Source: an uncultured virus (IMG/VR IMGVR_UViG_3300036766_001722) (lineage: Duplodnaviria; Heunggongvirae; Uroviricota; Caudoviricetes). Taken from it: 64,000 nt of DNA. This document shows positions 30,714-41,600 of this stretch, piece after piece. The notes beneath the pieces were generated by a model, which was given only the letters and a program-made list of their open reading frames with translations, was not told where the DNA came from and ran no database searches. The position numbers and the translations under genes were made by a program. Location of the stretch: IMG/VR virus record IMGVR_UViG_3300036766_001722; one strand, given 5' to 3'. The stretch's first letter is position 1, and the number at the start of each line of letters is the position of its first letter.

Positions 30714-31955
30714 TCACGCGACCCCCCGAGCTACATGCCTGGGTTCCCCCGGAACTACCTGGCTCCTGCTGCCTCTCCGCGGCCGAGTCTCTCCAGGATA
30801 CTTACGATGCGGCGCCGCAAACGTCACGCGCCTCGGCACGTCGTCCGCCGACAGCACCATGCTGCCGTGGATGCCAATCCTGCGAATGTTCGTCAGCCCA
30901 ACGACGTCCCTCGGGGCCGAGAATCCGCAATCGCACCGATAAATTCGCCTACAGCGGCGACGCTCCCCGCACACCGGACAGGTCTGCGAGGTGTAGTGCT
31001 CTTCGACTTCTGTCACGCCGCCCGCTAGCTTGTAAGCGAGCAGCGCGATGATCTTCCTGTTGCACGCCTGCGACACCTGCTGCGCCTGCTTACGTCCCAT
31101 CTTCTGGGCCGCGTCGTTGAACGGCTTCCCGACGACCGCCTTGGCGTTCGGAAACGCATCGGCGACGATGCGCGTCGCCTTGTGCGTGATGTCGCGAATG
31201 CGATTCCGCGTCTTATCGAGAACGCGATGCTTCCGACGTTGCATCCGACACCACCGACGCGAACCCTTCGCCTTCGTCGACTGCGCAGCCGACAACTCAG
31301 CGAGACGCTTCGCTCGCCACTGGACAGTCGCCTTCACCTCGCGCCCACTTACAAGCACAGCGTGTTCGCCATCGCCCGCCGCGATGAGCGTGTTGACGCC
31401 GAGGTCGACGCCGATGGTAACCGCGGGCTCGGTCATGGCGACATCGTCGAGCTTGCAGACGAGGCGGACCCTGCCGAAAGCCAGGCGGACCTCCATGAGA
31501 CGACCGGGCAGCGCGAGACCCCGCGGCATCTTCACGCGCAGCGTGCCAGCAGCACCGTTCGGAAGGAGCAGGAAGCCGTTGCGGATGCGCGCACCCTGGT
31601 TGGTGTACGTGACGTCGCCGTAGCGCGGTGTCTTCCACGGATAGCGCGCCTCGGCGTGGCCGCGCTTGTGAAGCTGCCGCGTCGAGTTCACAGCTTCCAG
31701 GAATTCAAAGACCGACTGCTGCGCCGACTGTGCGGAGAGGCTCGGATAGCGTCGCTTCACCCACGTCATCCAGCGCGACTTCGACGGCCACTTGAACTTG
31801 TACCGGCCGCTGAGGTGCCCGCCAAGTCTGCGAATACGAGCGTGCCGACGCACAAGGTCGGCCCAGAGCTTGCCGGCAGCGAGGCGCGCCGCCGTGAGCG
31901 TCGCCCATTCGGCGCCCGAGCGAGGGAGCCAGGCGATTTCTACGACGCGGTGCAC
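30714..31955 (-). CDS. tnpB: TnpB RNA-guided nuclease with rearranged RuvC-II; no transposase nearby
   Basis: IGVDLGVN, VVGKP (Gly at usual Glu), VEEHYTSQTCPVCG, CDCG..PRD; right end ...GGGGTGGTTCAC at 30663. Confidence 0.9.
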   Translation of the reverse strand: MHRVVEIAWLPRSGAEWATLTAARLAAGKLWADLVRRHARIRRLGGHLSGRYKFKWPSKSRWMTWVKRRYPSLSAQSAQQSVFEFLEAVNSTRQLHKRGHAEARYPWKTPRYGDVTYTNQGARIRNGFLLLPNGAAGTLRVKMPRGLALPGRLMEVRLAFGRVRLVCKLDDVAMTEPAVTIGVDLGVNTLIAAGDGEHAVLVSGREVKATVQWRAKRLAELSAAQSTKAKGSRRWCRMQRRKHRVLDKTRNRIRDITHKATRIVADAFPNAKAVVGKPFNDAAQKMGRKQAQQVSQACNRKIIALLAYKLAGGVTEVEEHYTSQTCPVCGERRRCRRIYRCDCGFSAPRDVVGLTNIRRIGIHGSMVLSADDVPRRVTFAAPHRKYPGETRPRRGSRSQVVPGEPRHVARGVA

Positions 31956-32002
31956 GTGGCGATCATAGTAGCAGCGAAGCCCGCAGGGCGAAGGAACCCG
32001 GT

Positions 32003-32143
32003 GTGATCAGGACGTGCGCGACTTGCCTGTCGATACCACCATCAGCGCCTTCACCGAGCCGGACGATTCGGAAGGCGGAGCGCTCATCGCGCTGCTCGGC
32101 GGCTGGTCCTGCGACAGCACCGGATTCGATGACGGCGTCGACG
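32003..32143. repeat. 141-bp direct repeat copy 2
   Basis: Matches 30455-30595. Confidence 0.95.
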
Positions 32144-32675
32144 GCTTGCTCGAACCGCACGGAAGCAGGTAGATGTGGTCCTTCGTCGTCCAGAGCGGGT
32201 AGGCCGTCTTCAAGTCCTGCGAGATGTACCAGCGGTGCCCCGGGTGAAGCCACGCATGCGGCGTGTACCAGGGCGGCACGACCACGAAGACCTTGTCAGC
32301 GGCGCGGCGCCATTCGGCGAGCGCGAGGTCGGGGCGTTCGAGATGTTCAAGGACGTGCGATGCGACCACCGCGCCGAAGTGCCCGTCGGGCCACTCGCGG
32401 AGATCGTAGGCGTCGCCGTACGAGACGTTGTGCCGACCATGCGGGATGCGAATCCCCGCCTTGTCGATGTTCACGTCGCCCCAGAGCGTTGGACCCAGCA
32501 CGAATGCGCGCAGCGACGTGCTCGGCGTGCCAGCACCGATGTTGAGGAGCGGCTTGCCGACCCGATCGCAGTAGCCGCGAGCGAGCGCCGCGACTTGGTT
32601 CGGTCTGACGATCACGTCGTTCGCGTACGATCCGAGCGCGTACGTCGCCGCTGCCTTGAAAAGCTTACCGAGCAC
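32007..32675 (-). CDS. class I SAM methyltransferase (type 11-like)
   Basis: LLNIGAG, NID, SHVLEHLERP; TACACT-N7-GTG start. Confidence 0.8.
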   Translation of the reverse strand: MLGKLFKAAATYALGSYANDVIVRPNQVAALARGYCDRVGKPLLNIGAGTPSTSLRAFVLGPTLWGDVNIDKAGIRIPHGRHNVSYGDAYDLREWPDGHFGAVVASHVLEHLERPDLALAEWRRAADKVFVVVPPWYTPHAWLHPGHRWYISQDLKTAYPLWTTKDHIYLLPCGSSKPSTPSSNPVLSQDQPPSSAMSAPPSESSGSVKALMVVSTGKSRTS

Positions 32676-32692
32676 GGTGTACAGTGTACCCC

Positions 32693-33184
32693 ATGAGCTA
32701 CGCACGGACCCCTCGTTCCAGCCTTGGGCAGACGACGCAGCCATCGTGCCCGCCGGGACAGAGCTACGTGATGGGCACGTGTGTGTGCCCGTCGGAAGCC
32801 CCGTCCCTGCCGAAGCCGGCGTGCTGCGTTCCCGGGCCGCCAACCGATGCGTGCGGGCACCGTGACTACGACTGCTCGTCGTGCCCTCCGACCACGCCGA
32901 CGAGAACGAACGCCTGGCCGCTTCTCGTGTGCCCTCCTGGCTACACTAGAAACCCGACCACTCACTTCTGCGACATGAACCCGGACGTTCAGGCCGCCAT
33001 CACCCGCAAGAAGGCGATCAGCGAGGTTCTCATCGGGGCCGCGCCGATCGTGGCTCTCGGCGGAGCCGCGTGGTGGATCGCCAAAGGACGAAGCACGCCC
33101 GTCGCGGTGAAGATCGCCACGCCTGCCGCATTCGCAGCCATCGCCTGGTACGGGCTCCTGCTCACGGCGGGCTTCAGCAAGTGA
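32693..33184 (+). CDS. Cys-rich membrane protein, MSY-LGQ family
   Basis: MSYARTPRSSLGQ, CPPG repeats, 2 C-terminal TM. Confidence 0.7.
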   Translation: MSYARTPRSSLGQTTQPSCPPGQSYVMGTCVCPSEAPSLPKPACCVPGPPTDACGHRDYDCSSCPPTTPTRTNAWPLLVCPPGYTRNPTTHFCDMNPDVQAAITRKKAISEVLIGAAPIVALGGAAWWIAKGRSTPVAVKIATPAAFAAIAWYGLLLTAGFSK

Positions 33185-33225
33185 TGCTCTCGCCTCCGTG
33201 AGCGGTTCGAGTTAGAGTCTGGGTC

Positions 33226-33504
33226 ATGTACACCAACGTCAACGGGATGCGTTCTGCTCGCTTCCCTCTTCAGGGCCTCGACGGCGACGGGATGTTCCGC
33301 GCCGACATCTTCGGCCAGCAGACCGGGCCGCTCGGCTGCAACTGCACGCCGATGGGCGGCTTCGGTCAGACTCCGGTGCCCGGTGCGAGCACGGTCGGGG
33401 CGATGCTGCCGATCCTTGCGCTCGGTGCGCTCGTCATCGGCGTCGGTGTGATGGCGAGCGGTGGCAGCAAGCGCGTCGCGGCGAATCGCCGCCGTCGTCG
33501 CTAG
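33226..33504 (+). CDS. small membrane protein, TM-NR family
   Basis: LQGLD, MGGFGQ, TM, VAANRRRRR. Confidence 0.75.
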   Translation: MYTNVNGMRSARFPLQGLDGDGMFRADIFGQQTGPLGCNCTPMGGFGQTPVPGASTVGAMLPILALGALVIGVGVMASGGSKRVAANRRRRR

Positions 33505-33924
33505 CGGCGTGCGACAGAGATCGGCCGGTTCGCTCTGAAGACCGCTACGAATAGCTTCCCGTTCTGAGCGCCGCGCCCGATCCATGTCTCCACGCCACAC
33601 GAGCAGTCCCGCGGCTCAAGTTTCTTGGGCGGCTTGTGCGCGGTGAGACGCCACGACTTGTCGGTGAGCCTCAACTCCTCCCCGCAGAGCGGGCAGTCAA
33701 CCTTCTCCGAATCGATGCGCGGAAACCTCACCGTGCGGGCTTCGGCGCTTTGGGGGAGACGAACTCCCAGTCGTTCAGCAGCTCGTCCACGTCGACGTAC
33801 GTCATGCCGCGGCACGGACCCGGCCCGGACATCCCGATCGTGTCGAGCGAGATGGTCGCGACGTACCACGTGACGTGCTCGCCCTTCGGCTTCCAGCGCT
33901 GACCGTGCTCGATCACCTGCGACG

Positions 33925-34179
33925 TCACTGCCGCCCCGTAGCGTCTTCCGGGCACAGCTCGTTCGCGTCCTCGATCACCGTCGCGTTACAGTCCGCCCGA
34001 TGGCCGCGCGCGAAACAGCCGCGAAGCGTTCCGTTGCTCGACGGGCACCAGGCGCACGGTGCCATCGCGACACACTGCCCGCAGTTCGGTTTCGACGGAC
34101 ACACGGAACCAGTGGGCGGTTCGACGCGAATCGGACAGCCCGACGCGAGGACCAGCAGGAAGACGATCAAGTAGCGCAT
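33925..34179 (-). CDS. small Cys-rich lipoprotein (PSI-like pattern)
   Basis: Lipobox LASGC; C..C....CAWC...C. Confidence 0.6.
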   Translation of the reverse strand: MRYLIVFLLVLASGCPIRVEPPTGSVCPSKPNCGQCVAMAPCAWCPSSNGTLRGCFARGHRADCNATVIEDANELCPEDATGRQ

Positions 34180-34616
34180 GACGATCTCCTAGACCTCGTG
34201 CCCGAGCACACGTTCGAGCTGCTCATCGGCGGCGATCGGCAGGAGCTGGTGCAGCGCCGCCTTGCGCGTGCCGCGATTCACTGTCACGCGACTGCCAACC
34301 AGCCGAACGTCGGAAGGTAGCGCGATGGGCGGAAGCCCCGAGAAGTCGTACGTACCAGCGGGCAAAACGATGACGTTCATCATGACGATCTCCTAGTTGC
34401 TCGGACGCGTTCCCTGAAAGGGCTTCTCTCGCTTCTGCTCGTCTTCCCACTGGCGCACCGCGTCGCTCTCGGCGCTCTCGCGTGTCGTGCCAGAGCCGAG
34501 AAGGACGAACGGCGGAACCCCGATCGGTCCATTGAGGACGATCGACACGGAGATCACTCCGTTCGTGTTCTTCGCGTAGGTCACGCACCGAACGTGATCG
34601 AGAATCTCGTCGACCG

Positions 34617-35585
34617 TCACGGCTTCGTGATCCAGTCGAGGTCACGCCCGAACGCCGCGAGCACGCCAGTGAGCGGCCCGAGTCCGGGGACCTGCTTGCC
34701 CATCTTGTCGGCGATCGCCGCCACGCGCAGGGCGGCCTGCGCCGTCAGCGTCGCGGGCCACGTCGTGTCCGGCTCGTCGACCTTCTGGAACTCCGCGCGC
34801 GTGTGCACGGTCCAGTGCTCGTCTGCGCGCTGATCGTACTTCCATACGTCGAGGACGTGCGGGAAGACGTCGATCCCGTAGTCGAGGTTGCCCTCGTAGA
34901 CCTGCGTCTCCGTCGCGAACGGGGTCGGCTCGAACCACGTCGGACGCTTCTCGATCGGGAAGCCCACCGGCGAGACGAAGTCCACGATCGGAGCCCCCGT
35001 CGCCATACCGACCTCGATGCGGTAGGCCACCGGCTTGCCGTCCTCGCCGATGTGCGTCTCGACGGCGACCGCGGCGAAGCGCGCCCCGTAGAGACGGGCG
35101 GGCGTGATCTTCTGCACGGTCGCGACCTTCGCCTCGGCCGCCTTGCGGCACGCGGCGGCGTAGTCGGGACGACTCTCGGTGAGCTTGTCGGCGAGCGCCA
35201 CGAGTCCGGCGCGCGTGCGCTGCATGGCCATCGCCTTCGTCCAGCGGAGCGAGTCGCCAGCGAACACGATCCCGATCGTCGTCGAGACGTCCATCTGCGT
35301 CTCCGGCACGCGGATGCGCACCATCGGGACGACGCCGGTGAACTTGTGGACGCCGGGACGTTCGTGCGTCGCGCTGATCTTCCAGTAGTCGAGGATGTAG
35401 TCCTGGTCGACCTCGGGGAACGTCGTCCCCTCGATGGCACCGATCACCTCGCCGACGAGCGACTTCTGCACGTCCTCCGGCAGCGCACGCGCGACGGCCA
35501 TGACGAACTCGTCAGGGAACACGGCGCGCGGATCGGGGATGGTCGCGTGCAAGAGCGAACGGAGCTGCCCGAGGTCGATCGTCAC
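34617..35585 (-). CDS. hypothetical protein
   Basis: GTGA-coupled, natural composition. Confidence 0.6.
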   Translation of the reverse strand: MTIDLGQLRSLLHATIPDPRAVFPDEFVMAVARALPEDVQKSLVGEVIGAIEGTTFPEVDQDYILDYWKISATHERPGVHKFTGVVPMVRIRVPETQMDVSTTIGIVFAGDSLRWTKAMAMQRTRAGLVALADKLTESRPDYAAACRKAAEAKVATVQKITPARLYGARFAAVAVETHIGEDGKPVAYRIEVGMATGAPIVDFVSPVGFPIEKRPTWFEPTPFATETQVYEGNLDYGIDVFPHVLDVWKYDQRADEHWTVHTRAEFQKVDEPDTTWPATLTAQAALRVAAIADKMGKQVPGLGPLTGVLAAFGRDLDWITKP

Positions 35586-36442
35586 GACGCATCTCCCGAC
35601 GGAGGGGGAGGCAGCAGATCTGCGGGCGGCGGCGCGACAGGCGTCACTCGCTCGCTCGCGAGACGCACGCTGCGGGTCCGTGGCGATTCGAGGAAGTACG
35701 CGACGGCGACCCACACGATCCCGTTCGCGCCAACGAGGTGCACCTTGATGTCCGGCGGACCCCACAGGAGGATCGCCGTGAAGCACACGCCGCCCGTGAT
35801 CAGCACCGCGGCGAACGGCCACGGCATCGCCTTGAGCTTGTCCATGTTCATGCTGACGATCATCGCAAACATCGGGCGCAGAAACAACCCTCCGGGTGCT
35901 CTTCCGCTCGCGGCGTCGTCCCTTCGCAGCGCACGCAGCGCATCAGCGTCAGCTCCGGCTGCAGCTTGCTGAACGGCGTGCCGTACATCGGGCCGCCGCA
36001 GACAGCGCACTTCCACTTGCTGAGCGCGGCGGCAATGTCTTCGGCCTCTTCACGATCGGTCATGCTCTTCTCGGCCGCTTCGACAAGCGCTCGATTATTC
36101 TGCGCGCGTCCTGCGTCGCCCGTGTAAGCCGTCTGAGATCGCGATCGTTGGCTGTCTTCTGGACGATCTTGTCCAAGGCTGCCCGGAGACTTTTGGCCGC
36201 GCATACCTTGTCGCACGTGTTGACGAGCGGACTGCTCCGTTCAGGCAAAAGCTTCCGACACCAGCAACAGTGGGCGGCCCCGCATGCAATAGCGACGTCC
36301 CGCGCCTCTTCTTGATCGTCAGCCTGGTCACTCATTCCCGACCCCGAAGAACTTCGGCATGGACATTCGAACGGCGAGCTTCGTCGCGGCCAGCTCCCGC
36401 GTCTCACGCGCCTGGCGCTCTTTGAGCGCGTCGCGACTGTAA

Positions 36443-37701
36443 CGGGTAGTGGGTCACTCTGACCCTCCGGTCCTAGCTCACGCTTGCCGTGGGCATCGGT
36501 ACCGCGCTCCTACCGAGCGCCAGAACATTCTTCGCCGCGTTCACGTCACGGTCCTCGACGTAGCCGCATGGGCACGCGTGAACCCGGACGCTCAAGTCCT
36601 TGCTCACCGTGCAGCCGCATGCGCTGCATCGCTGACTCGTACCGCGTGGATCTACCGGTACCGCCCATCGCCCAGCTTCTTCCGCTTTGGCTTGGAGGCA
36701 CCGGATGAACTGCGCCCACCCGGCATCGTGAATCGACTTCGCCATCCGCCCGCGGACCATTCCACGGACGTTCAGATCTTCGTACGCCACGAGGTCGTAC
36801 TTCGCGAACAGCAGCACCGCGAGCTTCCGGTGGAAGTCGAGGCGCTGGTTGCGGACGTGCTCGTGCGCTCGTGCGACGACCTGGCGCTGCTTGCGGCGCG
36901 ACTTGCTGCCCTTCTTCTTGAGTGCGAGAGCGCGCTGATGATCAGCGAGCCGCCCTTCGGCGCGACGCAGGAGTTTGGGTGCGTCGACCGTGGTGCCGTC
37001 GGAAGTCGCGAGGAAGGACGTGAGGCCGAGGTCGATGCCGGTAGCGCTACGGACTGCCACCGGCTTCGGCGGGGGCGCGCCCAGGTCGCACGAAACACAG
37101 ACCTGCCAACCTTTTGCGGTGCGACGGATCTCCACGTTACGGATAGCACCCTTCAAGTCGCGATACGCGTTGAAGCGCACCGGCCCGAGCTTCGGCACGG
37201 ACACCTGGCCCCACCGGCCGGGTATCGAGACCTTCACGCGACCGACCCCGAAACTGTCGTACCGGTCACGACTGCGGAAGCGCGGGTAGCCGGGCGTCTC
37301 CCCAGACTTCACACGGCGGAAGAACGCCTTGAACGCACCGTCGAGGCGGCGCAGGGCGGAGCGTGTGACTTCGATCGGGACAGCGGCGAGCGCCCCGTCG
37401 GCGAACCGGATGGCCGTCAGCTCAACCGTCTGGTCGTTGTAGCCGGGCGTTTTACCGTGCTTGCGTGCAACGCCACGGTCCTCTGCCGCCTGCCGCTGCG
37501 CGCGCTCGTATCGCCACGCGCCGCGACGATGTTCCAGCGCGGCGTTGTAGAGCGCACAGCACGCGGTGAGCCAGGACTTCAGGATGGCTTCCTGGACCTT
37601 GGTCGGGTGCAGCGGGTAGCGGAAGGTGCGGATCACGGTACCTGTGACGCGCTTGGACGGCCGGACTGACGAACGATTCACTTAGACTGGCCCACTACGG
37701 A
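36443..37701 (-). mobile_element. non-autonomous TnpB element with subterminal inverted repeats and flanking TAA/TAA
   Basis: GTAGTGGGTCACTCT vs GTAGTGGGCCAGTCT inverted; TAA at 36440-36442 and 37702-37704. Confidence 0.7.
36473..37636 (-). CDS. tnpB: TnpB (IS605 OrfB type) with intact D-E-D
   Basis: TFRYPLHPT, PGYPRFRS, GIDLGL, YEDLNV, TSQRCSACG, DRDVNAAKN. Confidence 0.95.
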   Translation of the reverse strand: MIRTFRYPLHPTKVQEAILKSWLTACCALYNAALEHRRGAWRYERAQRQAAEDRGVARKHGKTPGYNDQTVELTAIRFADGALAAVPIEVTRSALRRLDGAFKAFFRRVKSGETPGYPRFRSRDRYDSFGVGRVKVSIPGRWGQVSVPKLGPVRFNAYRDLKGAIRNVEIRRTAKGWQVCVSCDLGAPPPKPVAVRSATGIDLGLTSFLATSDGTTVDAPKLLRRAEGRLADHQRALALKKKGSKSRRKQRQVVARAHEHVRNQRLDFHRKLAVLLFAKYDLVAYEDLNVRGMVRGRMAKSIHDAGWAQFIRCLQAKAEEAGRWAVPVDPRGTSQRCSACGCTVSKDLSVRVHACPCGYVEDRDVNAAKNVLALGRSAVPMPTASVS

Positions 37702-37807
37702 TAATCGCGAGGCACCAGCATGAACAGCCAGTCGATCCCGGTGCGTACAGCGTCGCACACGGCGCACTGCCGAGCCCCGAACGCGGCGGCGATGTCCTCA
37801 GCCTCGC

Positions 37808-38320
37808 TCACGCCGCTCTCCGACGTCCCGACGGGCGCATCTTCACGCCACGCTTCACGAGGAGGCGCTGCACGCGCTTCGGAGTGGTGCCGTACTCCAC
37901 GGCGATATCCCTGAGAGGCGCGTGGCCCTCCTCGTAGAGCCGCGCCATACGGCCGACGTCGGATTCGGTGATCTCCCGGATGATCTTCTCCCGGTTGACG
38001 CTGAGCCCGTGCTTCTTGCTCACACGGTAGACGGTCCGTACCGTGACACCCATCGCCGCGGCGATCTCAGGCCCGGCCTTGCCCTCCGCCGCGAGTCGCT
38101 TTAGCTCATCGACGGGCGTCTGGTAAACGGTGAAGACAGGCGCCGGACGCGGCGGCAGCTTCACGCCCTGCCCGAGGAGCGTCTGGCGGCGTTGCCGCAC
38201 GTACTCGTGCGACACCCCGGCCTCGGCCGCGATGGCGCGCAGCGACCGGTCGTTCTGCACGAGCGTATCCACACGATCGCGCGTCGCCTTGTCGACCGTT
38301 CGGACGACGATGCCCGTCAC
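37808..38320 (-). CDS. multi-HTH DNA-binding protein
   Basis: SLRAIAAEAGVSHEYVRQ, EIAAAMGVTVRTVYR, LRDIAVEYGTT. Confidence 0.8.
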   Translation of the reverse strand: MTGIVVRTVDKATRDRVDTLVQNDRSLRAIAAEAGVSHEYVRQRRQTLLGQGVKLPPRPAPVFTVYQTPVDELKRLAAEGKAGPEIAAAMGVTVRTVYRVSKKHGLSVNREKIIREITESDVGRMARLYEEGHAPLRDIAVEYGTTPKRVQRLLVKRGVKMRPSGRRRAA

Positions 38321-38628
38321 ATCGTCTCGCGACGCGGGAGCCACGACCAGTCGTTCGCGAGAATGTCGGCCTGCAACGGCTCCCAGTCGTTCGCCTCGGC
38401 CGCGCTCCCGCGCTTCGTGTCCTTCACGAAGAAGAGCGCGCGAGCGGGACCGTCCCATACGCCACGTCCACGAGGCAGCTCGAGTTCACGCGCCGTGATC
38501 GCGACGACATAGTGGTCGTCCCCCTCGATTCGATCGCAGCCGCTCCTGTACTCCTCCGACGTCCAGTACGCGCGTGTGATGCGCCCGCCGTCAGCGATCA
38601 GCTTCTGAAACGCCTCTGAGTAGTTCAT
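38317..38628 (-). CDS. DUF2829 / Tad2-like protein
   Basis: MNYSEA...G.RITRAYW and WEPLQADILANDW. Confidence 0.7.
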   Translation of the reverse strand: MNYSEAFQKLIADGGRITRAYWTSEEYRSGCDRIEGDDHYVVAITARELELPRGRGVWDGPARALFFVKDTKRGSAAEANDWEPLQADILANDWSWLPRRETM

Positions 38629-41600
38629 CTCGTTCCTCCGCCCGGCTTCCCGGCTTCGACCACTGCCTTCCACCGCTCGCGCTCGTGACGAATCGCGTCG
38701 TTGAGTTCGGTGCGCGCTTCCAACGACGGCCTGTCCGCCTGGGCTCTCGCGTACTCCTCAGGGCGGTCGAGCGACCACAAGAACTCCGCCGCCGCGAAGT
38801 ACACGCTCGACAGAGACAACGACGCGGCGTTCAAGCGCCCGACTCCGTCGAGCAGCTCTGGATCACGCCGCATCAGACTGGGGAGCCTGCGCAGGCACTC
38901 GTCGCACGTGATCTTCTTATCTATGCCAGCGCCGGAGCCCCAGAGCCGCTCCGTGCGACAGAGCGCGCCCCACCACAGGATGTGCGGCCAGCAGATGTGC
39001 GTGTCCTGCGGGAGGTCGTCGTCGACGTCGTAGCCAACGTCCATCCCAAGCGCAGCACAGAACTTGACCTCCTCTTCCGTGAGGACGCGCGGGCCCGGGA
39101 CGTACTCGACAGTTCGCACCTCGACGACATCGGTAAGGAGGACGCCCTCCGCGACGAGACGCGCTGCCTCGACGTCGACGAAGCCAGGCTCGTGAGTGGC
39201 AAGCGACCACGTGCGCGTCCTGCCGTTGCCGTTCGTGCCGATCACCATCAGGCGGCGGTCCTCGAACTCCCAGGTCTGCCCGGCGCGAAGGATCGTCATG
39301 CTCCGCTCTCCATGCTCCCGTTCTCGGCGAGCGACGCCGCCCACGCGTCCCACGCCGTTGGGTCAGCGTAGACGCACGGGGCGCACGGACACAGGAGGCG
39401 CGTGTCGCAGACCTCGTCCCACACCACCACGTCGCAGTAGACGAGGCCGGCCGTAGCGCAGTGCTGGCTCGCGGCGTGGCCGCAGTTCACGCAGACTGGT
39501 TCACCCATCAGCGCCTCCACCAGAGCACCCATCGCACCGTCGCACGCCACCGCTCACGCCACTTCACGTAGCGAAGCCACGCGCGCTCGTCGCTTCCCGC
39601 CAGCATGGTGCACGCCACGACCTTCACGGTCCTGCCGTCAACGCGCACGATCGGCACTCCGTCGTTGACGTCTCCGATGTGGATGCCGCAGTACCCTCCC
39701 CGGAACTCGCTGTCGAGGATGTTGGCCGTCACGCCCGGATCCAAGGAGATGCAGGTGCGATCGGAGCCCTCAGCGTAGACACGGACTCCGCTAAAATCGA
39801 GACTGATCGGCTCGTCGGTCATCATGTCACCTTGCAGCATGGTCGTTCCCTCCTTCACTTCGCGCCTCCGCTCTTCACCGGACACGGCGTGCCAACCACG
39901 CGGCACGGTTGCGACTGCACGTGCGCCGGGTCGCCGTAGCCCTCGATGCAGTAGCAGGGGCGCTCCGGCGAGTCGTCCGCGAGGCACTGCTCGTGCGGGT
40001 CTTCGGCGAAACAGTTAAGGCAATATGCGCCCGGCCAGCCGGACCACCGATGTCCCTCAGCAGAAGTTGCTTCATCAGTAGCCGTGCCGCCGGGTAGCGC
40101 CCGCGCTTCTTCGATGTGCGACGCCGGAGACGGCACAGGAGCCGGCCGCCAGCGCCCCAGGAAGGCCGCCACCACCTTGTCGGAGGAGCCCTCGGCCGTG
40201 TCGGCGGAGTCCTCCCATTCGAGCGCGTACAGCGCCTCGGAGAGCATTTGCAACGGCTCTTGCAGCGGATGCCCCGGGCGCCTCTTCTCCAGCTCGTGTC
40301 GCGCAGAGTCGATCGCCTGGTACGCGTAGTTGTATGCGCCGCCGCTCACGCTCTCATCCTCCACGCCGCGACCAGCTTCGTGACGATCATCTCGCGGCCC
40401 GCGCCGCCGATGCCGCACCGATCGACCGCGTGCTTCGCGACCTGGGTCTCGTCGACGTCCTCGTCGTACAGCGTCGAGACGATCAGCCCCGCCAGAAACG
40501 TGTTGGCGAGATTTACACCCTGCACCATGCCCGTGTCCTTCCAGACGGCCGAGGCGAGACGCATCACGACCGCAATGCGCTTCTTCTGCGCGGCATCGGT
40601 GAACAGCTTGTCGGCGATGGTCATCGTCACACCATCTCGATGCAGGTACGGCAGATCGTGCAGATCCGGCCGTTGTACTCGAAACCTGGCTCGTCGCGGA
40701 AGACCGGATGGGTGCAGCCATGCATCAGCTCGTCGAGCCTTTTCTTGGCCTTGCGGACGATCTCCTTCGTGTCCTCGATCTCATTCTTCATCGCCTGCTG
40801 CTCTGCGGTGAGGCTCGTCACCGGATCCGGCTTCCGGCTCGTCGTTCGATCGAAGACCGCTCCCAGCGTGTAGCCGATGATCGGATTGCTCATCGCTGTT
40901 CCTCGACGTTCTCGTTGTTGAACGTTCCCGAGCACCCGCATTCGCACACCCGAGAGCCACCGGCCATCCAGTGACACTGCTTGACCGACACGAACCGGGT
41001 GATGCATGCCCTCTCGCACAGAACGACATCCTGCTCATGCGTGAGCGCGTGCTGTTCGTGCGTCTCCACGGAGCGCGGCGCCGCGCGCACCATCACCTTC
41101 ACGACGCGCGCCTCGCCCGGTCCCCTGATGATCGTCGCCGTGACGCCGAGGATCGTCGCCTGTAGCACGAGGATTGCGACGGCAGACCACGGCGAGATCG
41201 AGTAGACGACGCGCGTGAGCTTCGCCACTCCCGGCGACGCCTCTCCATCGCGGTACGGACCTCCGGTCACGTGACCCTCTCCGGCATCAGCGGCAGCGAA
41301 AACGCTCCCGTGCTCGTGGCCGTCCACTCGCCCCACATCACGCGGACGAGTTCCTGGTTGTACTCGAACACCAGCGCGTCGCGCGGCGACTTGCTCTCGT
41401 ACGCGGCGCACGCCTTCCACGCCTTCTCGAAACACTGGCGAGAGCAGACCGACGGGTACTCGACGAAGTCGACGATCTTCCCGTCGGAGACCTTCAGCTT
41501 CACGTCGGACGGCATCCGGCGCGACAGCACGACCGCGGCGAACGGCACGTTCGTCGCAGCACGGCCGGCTTCGTCGTACCGAAAGAGGTGAGCGCCACAG

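Larger units (their letters stand above)
36328..37811 (-). pseudogene. small Cys-containing gene interrupted by a TnpB element
   Basis: Removing 36443-37701 plus one TTA restores MSEAEDIAAAFG...LVPRDYSRDALKERQ...GNE stop. Confidence 0.7.
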
